From assembly GCF_009914755.1 (NCBI RefSeq), contig NC_060925.1: a DNA stretch of 64,000 bases; one strand, written 5' to 3'. The notes under the pieces were generated by a model, which did not search any database, was not told where the DNA came from, and was given only the letters and a program-made list of their open reading frames with translations. The position numbers were made by a program, and so were the translations under genes. The stretch comes from the human T2T-CHM13v2.0 reference genome, Homo sapiens. Below, in pieces: positions 1-13,288 of the stretch. Positions within the stretch are counted from its first letter, which is position 1, and each line of letters begins with the position of its first letter.

Positions 1-1136
1 TACCAGCAATAAGCAATTAGAAAATGGAATTTTATAAAAATACCATTTACAATAGCACCAAGAAAAACCCCTAAGAATAAACCTAATGAAAGATGCACAA
101 GATCTCTATCCTGAAAACTATAAACCACAGTTGAGAAAAATTAAATAAAACTTAAAATGAAGAGCCATACCATCTCCATGGTTTGAAATACACAATATAA
201 TAAAGACGTCAATTTTTCCAAAATTGATCTGTAAACTTAATGCACCCCTATAAAACCCAGATATTTGTATGTGAAATTGACAAGCTGCTTTTAAATTTTA
301 TATTGAAATGCACCTAATGTAGCCAAAATAGTCTTGAATAAAAACAAATCTGGACTGTTTACACTACCAGATAATCAAGGTAAGGATAGTCACACAGACC
401 AATGGAACAAGGAACAGAACAGAGAGTTCAGAAGCAGACCTGCACATCTGTAGTCACCTCATGCACAACAAAAGCACAACTGTAATTCAGTAGGGGAAAT
501 TATGGTCTTTTCAATAAATACTCTCAACTTACTGGCTATCACAGAGGAAAACAAAACAAAACAAAAACCTTGAACCTTTCCTCACACCATACACAAAAAT
601 ATTTTGAGATCAATCAGTATACCTAAATGTTAAAGGTCAAGCAGCAAGGCTTCTAGAATCATATATTGTATAATATCTTCATGAATTTGGGAAAGCTGTC
701 TTAAATATGACACAAAAACATTATACATAAAAGATTAAATTGGACTGTACTAAAATTAAAAATCTCTATTCATCTAATGATACTATTAAGGCAAGCTACA
801 AACTAGGAGAAAATATTTTCAATATATCTTTCAATACAAAAGACTCAGTATCCAGAACATATAAAGAACTCCCATAAATCAATAAGAAAAGACAATTTAA
901 TTAAAAATTGTGCAAAAAAAAAAACTTGAAGAGATACTTCACAAAAGACCAATATGTATATAAAAAGGTCTTTAACAACATTAGCCATTAGGGAAAATGC
1001 AAATCAAAACCACAGAACGATATGACTACACTCCCAAGAAAATGGATAGTTAGAAAGACTGACAGTACAATGTACTGGTGGAAATGTGGAATAACTTGTA
1101 CAACCACTTGAAAAGTATTTGGGAGATCAACATAAT
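1..1136 (+). mobile_element. Old L1 (L1M-type) ORF2 3' region fragment; continues ~1589-2000 after the MER31 insertion
   Basis: A-rich degenerate L1 ORF2 motifs (cctcacaccatacacaaaaat, atccagaacatataaagaactc, aaatgcaaatcaaaaccaca). Confidence 0.8.
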
Positions 1137-1140
1137 CTAG

Positions 1141-1584
1141 TATCAAAGAAAAACTTCATGCAAACACTTGTTAAAGATGGTAAGGGGTGGGAGGCATGGT
1201 GATAGGTACAAGGACCATTGCAAGGAGGTCTTGCAGTTGGGGAGAGAAAGTAGATTAACTCCAACTCCAATAAGGACAAGTGGGAATTTATAACCAAGGA
1301 GAAGGGTGGGGTCAGTGGATGAAAAATGCCTATGAGGAAACATCAAGGATAAGGAATGTCTGGCTAAACTGACTTGATAGGGTTATTGCTGAAGGCAGGC
1401 CATGGTGGAAAGATGCTGAGAATGGTCAGATACCAAACGTGGGGATTTTCCCTAAACTGACTTAGCAGGATTCTTGCTCAAACTGGATTCTGCAAGGACA
1501 GAGAGGGAAGCCCAAGGTCAGACCTAGTCAGAGAAGACTCAGGATCCTGACTTAAGTTTTGGTCAAAGGAGGGAGTCTTTGTCA
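1141..1584 (-). mobile_element. MER31-like solo LTR (ERV1) inserted in L1
   Basis: Reverse complement starts TGACAAAGACTCCCTCCTTTGACCAAAAC; 4-bp TSD CTAG at 1137-1140 and 1585-1588. Confidence 0.75.
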
Positions 1585-2945
1585 CTAGATAGATGTATAC
1601 CCTGTCACCCAGCAATGTCACTCTTTGTATATTTGCAACTGAAATCAATGCTTACATCTATGGCATCTTCATTCATAATAGTCCCAAACTGGAAATAGTC
1701 CAAATGTTCATCAAGAGTGGGTGGTAAGTAAATTGCAGTATTTTTTACAGTGGAATGGAATGGAAAAAGAACATATTACTGCTACATTCAACAACTTGGC
1801 TGAATCTCATATAGAAAATGTTATGTCACAATAGCGAAATGCAAGAGTACATACAGCATATTTCTGTTTATATGAAGTTCAAAAACAGGCAAAATTAACC
1901 TATGTGGCATAGAAGTCAGAATAGCAATTATCTTTTGGGGGGATTTACTGGAAGGGAATGCAAAGGAAACTTCTAGAATGCTGGAAATATTCTTTGGTGA
2001 AAGGTTGTCCCTTAGGGTGCTAACTCCCTGCATCTCTGGTTTCTGTTATTTGGCCCATTTGGGCTGCCTCTGACAAAGCCAGATCCCAGTACCATGGTGC
2101 AGTGATTTATCTGAGCCAAAAGCCTCCACACATCCATTCAATCCAGACTTGGGAACGGGAGAGAATGGAGGAGCTGCCCCCACAATCTGCACAGTGAAGG
2201 CCATGCTAAACTAGGCCCTCTTCCTGGGGAAAGCTAAGAAGAAACACTGGTATTAGGAGATGTGTGAATTTTAGCAGCAGCCAGGACTCTCCACTGAGCA
2301 AGCAGCCAAGACCCAGCTTGCAGGGAATGCCAAGCAAATTTGGAGAGCACTTAAACTGAGTCTGTCACACCAGATGACCTCTGTCATAGGGAAATGCAGC
2401 AGCTGCAGCCAACAAGGGCAGGACAACTAAAGACCCCACTCAGGGATGAAGGGTGGGATTACCCCAACAAGAGAACAAACAATACAGATCAACCAAAATG
2501 CTGAGTAAAAGTGAGGGAAATAGGTGATAAAGGAGGGAGATTATAAAAGCCTTGAGACCAGCTGTAACAGCAGGCATTGCAATTTATTTCAATAACCTTC
2601 TTGCCTTATGCACTTGAGCAGATTGCAATTGACCACCACTTTGAAGGAGATTCTGTAAATGATTAAACTTGTACCTTCTCTCAGGGGAAAAGTGAGACAG
2701 CTAGTGCTCACACACACAGAAACACAAATCCTACATTATAATATTGGAGCTTGATATGATGAAAGTACTAGAGTGAATCTGAGCAGCTCAGAGTGAACTG
2801 TATCAGACTCTTCTTATTGAACCTCCTCAGATTTGCTTGGTTCCATCTGTCTACCGGGCACTCAGTCATTTGCTCCACCTCAGTCACTATCCACTCCTTG
2901 CAGGTCCAAGCAGTTCCACTGCCTGAGGTCAAGCTGCCACCTCTT

Positions 2946-3356
2946 GTAACCCCTGGCTCCTCACATACCACAAGGCATGGGGGTCTCTCTTTCTAAGCGA
3001 CTGCCGAAAGGGCTGGATGACACAGCCAGGAAGTCTGGGGGGAGATGATCACCTGTAGAAGATGAGAAGGAGCCAAACGCTTTTCCTTCCTCTCTCCAAA
3101 GGGCTGCTCCAAGGCGTGGTTTCTTTGCACAGCCCCTTAGGAGACAACCCACACAGGAAGGCAAGGGCGCCTGTGGGCTGGCCTGCTGGGTGTCTCCATT
3201 GCAGGGCTTAGTAATGCTCCTCCTTTAGTTGCTTCCCAGCCTTCCCTGACTCATTTCCCCATTCCCTCATTCTCACTGCTCTGGGATTAAACTCTCAAAC
3301 TCTTAGCACATATGCCTGCCTTAGGCTCTGTTTTTTAGGGAACCCAGGCAAAGACA
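2946..3356 (+). mobile_element. Old ERVL-type LTR (LTR16/LTR33-like)
   Basis: Ends ...ggctctgttttttagggaacccaggcaaagaca, typical of LTR16/33 3' ends; left boundary uncertain. Confidence 0.4.
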
Positions 3357-3514
3357 CATACATTTGGGGTCTGAGATATCTTGGAATCTACATTTTTAAA
3401 TTTTGTATGAATAATAAATGTATATGTATTTTGATATAAAAGCATATTTTGGATCATCTGGACAACCACATTATAATTGAGCATTTCCACTCTATTTCAG
3501 TGTTTCCCTTTTAA

Positions 3515-4036
<522 letters not shown>

Positions 4037-4384
4037 TGAAATTAATGCTTATCACCATCTGAAGACCAAATGAATTTATGAACGAAGAGATATTTCAAGT
4101 ATTTCAATACAAGAAAATGGGGGGCCAATTTGAGGTTCCACCTGAGGTTTGGCAAATTGAAAGAATATACACAGCCACTGACAGCCCATAATTCATGTTC
4201 CTAGGGACATTTAGTTTCAGCAAAATAATTTAATGATGTTAATTGGAATTTTATTGACTGGTAGGAGCTATGCAATAGAGAAAGCAGAAATCTGATGAGG
4301 AACTTGGAGTATGCTTTGCAAAGTAAGATATACATTTTATCTTTACTCTCCATTATAAAATAGTCAATAATATCTACATCACTT

Positions 4385-4474
4385 GCTAATGCTTTTGGTA
4401 CAAATGGATGTGGAATATAATTGAATATTTTCTTGTTTAAGGGGAGCATGAAGAGGTGTTGAGGTTATGTCAAG
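4385..4474 (+). other. CLCA1: Candidate upstream non-coding exon of CLCA1, splicing to an acceptor at 4727/4728; 5' end approximate
   Basis: Donor CAAG|GTAAAC at 4474/4475 and acceptor cccttaccccag|CATCTGG at 4728; matches my recollection of the long hCLCA1 cDNA 5' end. Confidence 0.6.
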
Positions 4475-4920
4475 GTAAACAAAACCACCATTGTGGTAAA
4501 GACCACCAGGAGGGATAACTGAATATATGGCTTACAAAATGTTTACTGAATAAGCAGAACAGTCTGGATTTTCCTGGGCAGGAGGGGGTTGGGGGCTTTG
4601 GGTGGGTTGGTGTCCATGGCTTGGTAAACATTTCCAAGAAGTAAACAAACCTATCAGCGGCCAAGCTGCTTGTCACCTGTGAGTGCTTCCAAGGAACCGG
4701 ATGTGGGCTCCCCCACCCTTACCCCAGCATCTGGCACAGCTGAAGGCAGATGGAAATATTTACAAGTACGCAATTTGAGACTAAGATATTGTTATCATTC
4801 TCCTATTGAAGACAAGAGCAATAGTAAAACACATCAGGTCAGGGGGTTAAAGACCTGTGATAAACCACTTCCGATAAGTTGGAAACGTGTGTCTATATTT
4901 TCATATCTGTATATATATAA
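4475..4920 (+). promoter_or_regulatory. CLCA1: CLCA1 proximal promoter/enhancer
   Basis: Forkhead GTAAACA/TGTTTAC at 4475, 4540, 4624, 4641; TTCCAAGAA 4632-4640; TTCCAAGGAA 4687-4696; CCGGATGT 4697-4704; GATA sites at 4792, 4858, 4873; TATA-like ATATATATAA 4911-4920. Confidence 0.6.
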
Positions 4921-4987
4921 TGGTAAAGAAAGACACCTTCGTAACCCGCATTTTCCAAAGAGAGAAATCACAGGGAGATGTACAGCA

Positions 4988-5149
4988 ATGGGGCCATTTA
5001 AGAGTTCTGTGTTCATCTTGATTCTTCACCTTCTAGAAGGGGCCCTGAGTAATTCACTCATTCAGCTGAACAACAATGGCTATGAAGGCATTGTCGTTGC
5101 AATCGACCCCAATGTGCCAGAAGATGAAACACTCATTCAACAAATAAAG
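4988..5149 (+). CDS. CLCA1: CLCA1 coding exon 1 (aa 1-54, signal peptide)
   Basis: gcaATGG start, MGPFKSSVFILILHLLEGALSNSLIQLNNNGYEGIVVAIDPNVPEDETLIQQIK, donor AAG|GTAAGT. Confidence 0.98.
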
Positions 5150-7082
5150 GTAAGTTCATAGTAATTATCCATACTTTTTTAAAAATAGCATAATGTTGTG
5201 ATAGAGAGAACATGAGTGCCCTATTCCAGCTGCACGACACTGGCATGTATTTTTATGTCTAAGTCTCAGTTTCTTCATCTGTAAAATGGAAATAATAACA
5301 AGTTAACCATTAGGATTCTTGTGTCAGATAAGATAATGAATGCAATGCACATAACTCAGAGTGATATATTGTTGGCAACTGATAAATGATAAATTGATAT
5401 GTACTGCTGTGGATTATGTCACTGAAAATTATTTAGTTCTATAGTAAGGCAGAGTCAGCTACATTTGACAGATATTGTGAGATGCACAGATCCTTTGCCT
5501 GATTTTACCCTTGGCACGAGTCAGACTCTCCTTTTATTCTCCTAATAGGAACCCCCTTCCCTGTGATCCTAAAAGGAGCCCCAGATGCAAATCTCTGATA
5601 TAAGAACAACCCTGACCTTCTGATGGGAGAAAACCTTGCATTTTATCAGTCCCAATTCAAGGGATCCTTTCAGAGATTTCTTGCTACCTCTTATGTAGCA
5701 GAAGGGAAAGGAAGAAGACTTCCTGTCCTGGCAGGGGTATCTATACCATTGAAGAAGGTCTTGTACAACAACAAACAGCTAAAACTAAGAGGGAAATGCT
5801 TTATAAAAGACCGCCCTGGAATCTGGCTGTAACACATCCAGAGGCAGTGCTGTACTAGTAACAGTATTAGTCTGTAAAATGGGAATAATAATAATAAATA
5901 TCTCCCTTATCAGATTTTGTGAGGATCAAAGTTTAAAATGCATGCATATAAAGGGAAGCTGGGTGGAGTATGTAAGAATACGGTGCAATACTTTGCATGT
6001 CTTCTGTTCATCTAAATTTATCTCAGAACTTTAAAAAATAACTTTAAAAATGCATGCATAGTGCCTGGTACATAGTAAGAGCTCAATAAATGGTGGATAT
6101 AGTCATTGGCTCTCTCTAGATGGAAAATTAATAGAACAAGGGCCCAGAGGGATTTCCCCAGAGATCCACTGCTCTAAGCAGAGGCAAATATAGAAAGATA
6201 ATGTTTGGAAAGAAAACCATCTCTACAGTGTGTGGTTAGAGAATTGCAGCAGTAGGGGATAGGGATAGGGAACAGAGTGGAGGGTGTCACTCACCATAAA
6301 GCTTACCTACTTAACCCAAAGAGGATCAGGCTGTCTGTGGTAAAAGGGAGATTCAGACCTCTTGAATCTCTCAATCATCTAAAATGTTGAGTGGGTTTTT
6401 GATTGTTTCTAAATTTGGAAGTGGCATCAGCAAACATGTGACCAGTGTGTTTCAGTCTCTGGCTAGACAGTGGGGTTCAGCAATATGCCAGAAGGAGAAT
6501 GTAGATGCCGTATTCATCTTCAGTGACCGTGGTAATTTGTATCTACAGTATATAGTGACTAGAGCTTTCAAAGTGCTTCTACTTCATTGTCCTTGGAGGT
6601 TTTCCTCCCGAGATACGTACTTCTCGCTACAATTATTAAATTGTCTTTCCAGTATGGATCCTAAAGTTGGGGGTGAGATAAGTTGGCTTCCATCATTTCC
6701 TTCTCTGTAACAAGAACACTTTAGTGAATAGAATGCTCAAAGTCCCTAACTCCTTCCTATTTGATGTTCCAGATCTGCAGAGTTGAGGGACCTCGTTGAG
6801 GGCTTGGCCACCTTTCCCAACCATTCCTCCCTCTACTCCAACAACCTTCTTGCTGATGAGAGACTCTCCCCTGGTGCCCCTGTGGGGACAGAAGCCCCTA
6901 ACTCAGCTTTTAAAATATTTGCTTCAGCAGGACAGTCCCCAGATTTCCCCACCTACAAGAGCAGTTAATCGCTCTGCACCACTTCCATCCACTGCATTCT
7001 TGCTAATATTAGCAGGGGGAGTACACGTCACAAGATGAGGAAGGGAGAGTCAGAGAGAAACTCTCTCTTCCCCCGTCAAATA

Positions 7083-7166
7083 TACATACACACACACCAC
7101 ACGCACAAGCTCGTGTGCACACACACACGCCCATGCACACACGCAGACATACACGCACACACGCAC
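7083..7166 (+). repeat. Imperfect (CA)n microsatellite
   Basis: tacatacacacacaccacacgcac...acacgcacacacgcac. Confidence 0.85.
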
Positions 7167-9433
7167 GTCAGAAGGTACACAGTAGGGTTATTTTGGAGTC
7201 TCTGCAATGCTCAGCACCCCAGGCACTGTGCCTGTCTTGGCAGTTCTATACCACTTTGCCATTTACTAAACCCACTTTATTTATCCATTTGTTTGTTTAT
7301 TCATTCAACAAATATTTACAGAGCATCTAAATTATGTCAGGTACTAGAAGTCCAGTGGTCAATATACTGTCCCTGTCCTGAAGGAATTTCTAGCCCATTC
7401 TATAAACTGTCACCCCCAACCTTCTCTCAGCCTAAGAGTCTAAATATGTATTAGGATATGAGGTCATTTTCTGAAAATCTGAAACAGATGCCAAAACAAA
7501 GATCCCTTATTATTGTTTCTATTACAATGTGGAAGACAAGAGCATTTCATGGTACTTATTCTTCCTGGGAGACATTGGAAATTCACATTTCACAAGTCAA
7601 ATGGTAAAACAATACTCTAATATATGAAGTTTTATACCTACTTTTCAAGTTTTTGGTGATCTTGGCTCATTTTTTAATTTTATTTTTTAAAGTGACATAA
7701 TATTAAACTCTCCTAGTGAGTGTTAAAAATCTGGGAGTTTTAGAAGGAGAAAATGTAAATCATTAAGAACACTTAAAAAAATAGAGGCAACCATTATTAT
7801 CACTATTTGAAAGGGAGAAATTGAGGCTCAGAGAAGTAAAATAAGTTCTTTAAGTTTACCCCTTAGGAAGAGGCACAGCAGGACTTACCCGTGCACTAAC
7901 ACCCAAGTGCTGCTTCCCCATAAAATGGTGAAGCATTTCTGCTCCTAACACGACCCCCACTAGGCAATGGAGTCTAGTCACTCTGGTCTGTTCCCGCAAG
8001 GACTTTGCTCCTGCAATGACCCCTTTTTCTTTTACATTTTTGTTTTTTTTTTTCATTAGCATAGAAATATTTTATAATATAATATTAAAACAAACAAAAC
8101 TGTCTTGTCCTGAAGTCCACTTCCAGCTGCTGCCTATTTCTCCATTCCCCTTTAGTTCACAGAAAAACTTCTGAACCTGTTGTTGTCTGTATTTACTGTC
8201 TCCACTGCCTCACCTCCCACTTTCTTGAAACCACTCTTACGGAGCTGCTGTATTTATTCCACTACTAGGGCTCACCATGCTGCCAAGTCCAGTGATCAGT
8301 TCTTAGTCCTCATATGAAGTGATGGCTCAGCAGTGCTTGACACCGATGATCACGCCCTCCTCCCTATAGCTCTCTCATCCCACAGCTCCTCATTTCCTCT
8401 GCAGGCACTGACTGCCCTTCTGAGGCCCCTGTATTGGCTCCTCCTCTTTCTACCTCTGAATGCTGGGGTCCCCCACATTCCCTGGGCTCAGTCTTCAGCC
8501 TCTTTTTTCCTCTGTCTATGCTCACTTTCGAAGCAAATGGTTTTCAGTCCTAACAGATACACTGCCCCCTTTCTATAACAGTATCTTCTATCACTCTCCC
8601 TACTCTCTCGTCATAACATATCACAGGGAATCTGCAGACACATTTATAATTTAACGCTGCAGCTATTTCATTTTAGAGAAGTAAAATTAGGTGTAATTTG
8701 AAAATATATAATTATGCTATTTTCTTATATCTCTTAGTACCACACTGCACAAAAAATAAATACTTCTATCAGCACTTGGCAAAGTTTAAAAAAAAGAAAA
8801 ATGAATCAATAAATAAATAATACCACAACATTTAGTATTACATTTAATTTGACTTAGTATATAATCCCAAAATTATTACAGGAGTCAGCAGGTGTTAAAA
8901 TCACATTCACTTTTTCTCTTCATTACTACTTGCTGTGAGACCTTGAGAATTATACTAAGTCTCAGTTTCACCCTCAAAGATTTGTGGATTCTCAAAGAAG
9001 CAAGTGAAACGCATAGCTAATATTTTATACTTGCTTGTGTGAAGTAAACACTGTTCCTAGCACATCATATGTTTCACTTTGTTCCTCACCACAACCTTAT
9101 CAGCCAGTCACTATAATATAATATTCCATTTTGTTAATGGGAAAACTGAGGCTCAGAATTAGAAATTGCCGAAAGTCCCACAAAAAGTGGTGCAGCCAGG
9201 ATTAGAGTCTGTCTCCAGAGTCTGCATTGTTACTGATTACTTGGTGACACAGAATATTTGGTAAATGCTCTCAAAGCTTAGCTATTATTATTAAAAGGTA
9301 TTTCTATATTTCTTCTTCCCATCTTAACAAATAACAAGTTTTTGAAAATGTGAAATCCAGATGTGAATTTGAATGACTGATAATTTAATTTATTTTCAGT
9401 CAATTGTTACGTATGTTTTCTTTTTCTTCCCAG

Positions 9434-9574
9434 GACATGGTGACCCAGGCATCTCTGTATCTGTTTGAAGCTACAGGAAAGCGATTTTATTTCAAAAATG
9501 TTGCCATTTTGATTCCTGAAACATGGAAGACAAAGGCTGACTATGTGAGACCAAAACTTGAGACCTACAAAAAT
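9434..9574 (+). CDS. CLCA1: CLCA1 coding exon 2 (aa 55-101)
   Basis: ttcccag|GAC; [47 protein letters not shown]; AAT|GTGAGA. Confidence 0.98.
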
Positions 9575-9745
9575 GTGAGAATATCAAGTTCTTCTTTAAA
9601 ATTCCACTTTCTCCTGTAACCAAGATTTTTTAAAATCAAAATATTCTAGAATCAAATGTGATTGTTTGAAACTTACTCCAGTACGAATATGGTTAATTCA
9701 TTTGCTGAAACTTTGTGATGATAAAAACTTTTTCTTAAATTTCAG

Positions 9746-9893
9746 GCTGATGTTCTGGTTGCTGAGTCTACTCCTCCAGGTAATGATGAACCCTACACTG
9801 AGCAGATGGGCAACTGTGGAGAGAAGGGTGAAAGGATCCACCTCACTCCTGATTTCATTGCAGGAAAAAAGTTAGCTGAATATGGACCACAAG
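9746..9893 (+). CDS. CLCA1: CLCA1 coding exon 3
   Basis: tttcag|GCT; ADVLVAESTPPGNDEPYTEQMGNCGEKGERIHLTPDF...YGPQ; G|GTATGA. Confidence 0.98.
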
Positions 9894-10228
9894 GTATGAA
9901 ATATTCTACCATACTTCTCATACAATTTAACTATTTTATGTTCAAAGTGTATCAACACTAGCATTATCTTTGTGAGTAAGCATGTATAAGCCAAACAATT
10001 AGAGATAAAACATCATAGCATTTTTCACTTAAAATAGAACATGCATTTCACTTAGAATTTCCAGCATTTCTCAGCTATGAATTTAATTTACTTTAGATAC
10101 ATGTATAAATACGGTATTTTGAATTCTCGTAAATTATTATTATAGCATCATACTATAACTGTAAAAGAATTTAATTTGTATTAAGTTTCTATGGATATGT
10201 AAGGAGACAACGGAATTAAATCTTCTAC

Positions 10229-10263
10229 CTGCAATTCATACAATAGCCACCAGATGGCGTATA
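10229..10263 (+). promoter_or_regulatory. Strong CTCF motif with upstream module
   Basis: TGCAATTCA-TACAA-TAGCCACCAGATGGCGT fits the CTCF core plus the U motif spacing. Confidence 0.55.
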
Positions 10264-10330
10264 TGTGCAGTGCTCTCAGACGTGCATTCAAATTATATAT
10301 GAATCTTGTTAAAATGTGGATTCTCCTTTA

Positions 10331-10636
<306 letters not shown>

Positions 10637-12464
10637 TTAACAAGCTCACAGGAGATGTTGATTCTACCGGTCTGTGGATCACACTTTGAGTAGCAGACAG
10701 AATACCTTTGCAATTCATCTCTCAAAAACATGTAACTAAAGAAAAAACTCCAATGATAAATAAACTTTATCATTTGTATATGAGGTACATATAACAATTA
10801 TTGGAGGAAATATTAAACAAGTAATGACATATATATAAAATGTACTTTCCAAGAATCAAATGTGACTCTTTACTAAATAACTAGCATTAGATTTCTTTAC
10901 CTCAAAAAAGATTTGGATCCCCTAGAACCAGCTTGATTTTTTTTAACATATAAGGCACAGAAAACAAGCAAACAAAAGAACGCTATCCAAGCCCCATCCC
11001 CAAACACACTAGAGCGCTTAAAGACCTGGTCAAAAGGATGTGTCAAGCGTACCTCTTTGTTGTTCTACAACACATTTCACCTCCATAACAGGAACAGAAC
11101 ATTCTCAATGTATGACTCAACAAATAAGTGTTGAATTGATTGACCTGACTGCCCCATCCCACTCCTGAGCCCACTCCAGCCATCATGATCATATATAAAA
11201 CCATTCCTTAATAGTGTTTCCTTTCTGTATTGTGACTCCACTCCAACTCTCTCACAATCATCTTTAAAGAGACCACCAATACCTACAGAATAAAGTCCCA
11301 ATCCTTAGTGTGGGATACTGAGTTTCCACAGAATGCCCCACCTCACATAACCCTCCAAATTCAGCCTTCCTTGGAATTTACATTCCAGAAAAACTGAGCT
11401 GTACATAAGTCATTCACTCAAGTTTAACAAATATCACTGAATGCCTGCTAAGTTCTAGACACTATGTGCCCAGATATGACAGTGAAGAAGTCATATTGTC
11501 TGTCCTCATGGAGACAATTTTCTATTGTGGGAGACTGGCAAGTAAGTAGCAATGACTGTTTATCATTGTAAGTGCCTAATGGGAGATGGTGAAATGCAAA
11601 CGCGGAGTACTGGGCCTAAGATGAGGATTTCAGGGCAGGCTTCTAGGCACATAGAAGCTTGATTTTCAAAGAAGAATAAGAGTTATCCAGACAAAGATGG
11701 GAAGGAAGTATTCCAAGCTAAGGAAACATAGGTAAAAAAAGACCAGAGTTGAACAAGAGCATGATATGACCTAGGAAAAAAAGGAGTTCAGGAATTCATC
11801 CTAATTCTAGAGTTTGGGAAGGGAGTGGAGAACAGCAAGAAATAAGGCTGCAGAGAAGAGCAGGCCTGAGGCATCAGGGACCTTGTACACCATGTTGAGA
11901 AGTTGGACTTACCCTGAAGGATGGAGACATGGAGGCCAATCTGGTGACTATTGCAGCAATTCAGGAGTAAGTGGCAATGGGCCTGGAAAGGTGAGAATGA
12001 ATAAAAAAGACAGAGATGGAGTAAGCAGACCTTGAGGTCTGATGGGATAGGAGCCATGAGGGAGGAGAATTGGTTGAGGATGCTGCCCTGGCTGCTGTAG
12101 GAATGCCTGGGCTCCCATAGCCGCCTTTGCTGACCTCTGTCATCATACCTGTACCACCAGGCATTTTAGCTTCTAATCACACATGCCCTCCACTACACCA
12201 GGAGCTATGTGAGGATAGGGCAGCTGTTTGTGTCTGAATAACGGCTTGGCACTTACTAGGTGCCTGATTAACATTTGATAAGCCAAAATAAGTATTTATA
12301 TTTTAAGAAAACGTACAGTTATATTAGATCTAAAGAAATCAAGTCTTTAATTTAAAAAATTAACACAGCAAAGCATAAATATTCCAAACATTGCTTTCTT
12401 CCAGTGTGAGAAGGTAATTTTGCCATTCTTATTGTAATCAGTTTTTTAAAATACTTTCTCACAG

Positions 12465-12570
12465 GTAGGGCATTTGTCCATGAGTGGGCTCATCTACGAT
12501 GGGGAGTATTTGACGAGTACAATAATGATGAGAAATTCTACTTATCCAATGGAAGAATACAAGCAGTAAG
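12465..12570 (+). CDS. CLCA1: CLCA1 coding exon 4 (zinc metalloprotease HEXXH, H156-E157-W-A-H160)
   Basis: ctcacag|GT; [36 protein letters not shown]; AG|GTATGT. Confidence 0.98.
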
Positions 12571-12935
12571 GTATGTATATTTTGATTTAACTTGTTCCAA
12601 ACTATTTTAAATTGCAACCTTTTTTTCTTGAATTGATTACTTTAAAAAATGTGTGTCCTGGCTTATTTTCTAATTCAAATTCATTCTTAGTGCCTTCTTT
12701 TTCAGATTTCCACAAAACTACCATTTTGTTTACTTTACAAGTGCTTCAGTTAATTGAATTATTCACTCTGCAGCTAGAAGTCATTTGCCTCCTTTTTTCT
12801 TTTTTTTTTAACTGTACCAACTATAAAAAATCTACAGTTGCTGTGTTTAGTGTCTCCATCATCCCATACCAGCATCAGTGACGTAAGCAGAGCTAATGAG
12901 GCTCTTCGGTGCCTTCAGGGCAGAATAATAATATC

Positions 12936-13288
12936 TTCTTTTTTTGAGAAAGGGTCTTACTCTGTCACCCAGGCTGGAGCGCAGTGATGCAATCACAGCT
13001 CACTCCAGCCTCAGCCTCCCGGGCTCAAGCAATCCTCCCACCTCAGCCCCCTGAGTAGCCGGGACTACAGGCACACATTACCACATCAGACTAATTTTTA
13101 TATTTTCTGTAGAGATGGAGTCTCACCATGTTGCCAGGCTGATCTTAAGTTTTCGTACAGGCAGGGTGTCCTTATGTTGCCCAGGCTAGTGTTGAACTCC
13201 TGGACTCAAGAGATCCTCCCACTTCGACCTGCCAAAGTGCTGGGACTACCTCTGACATCATGGTGGCGTGAGCCACCATGCCCGGCCC
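12936..13288 (-). mobile_element. AluJ
   Basis: T-tract followed by gagaaagggtcttactctgtcacccaggctgg...ccaccatgcccggcc. Confidence 0.9.

Noticed and set aside
4670-4987. 106-codon in-frame N-terminal extension of CLCA1
   Set aside because: It starts at TTG with no in-frame ATG; it would bury the signal peptide; ATG 4988 has a strong context
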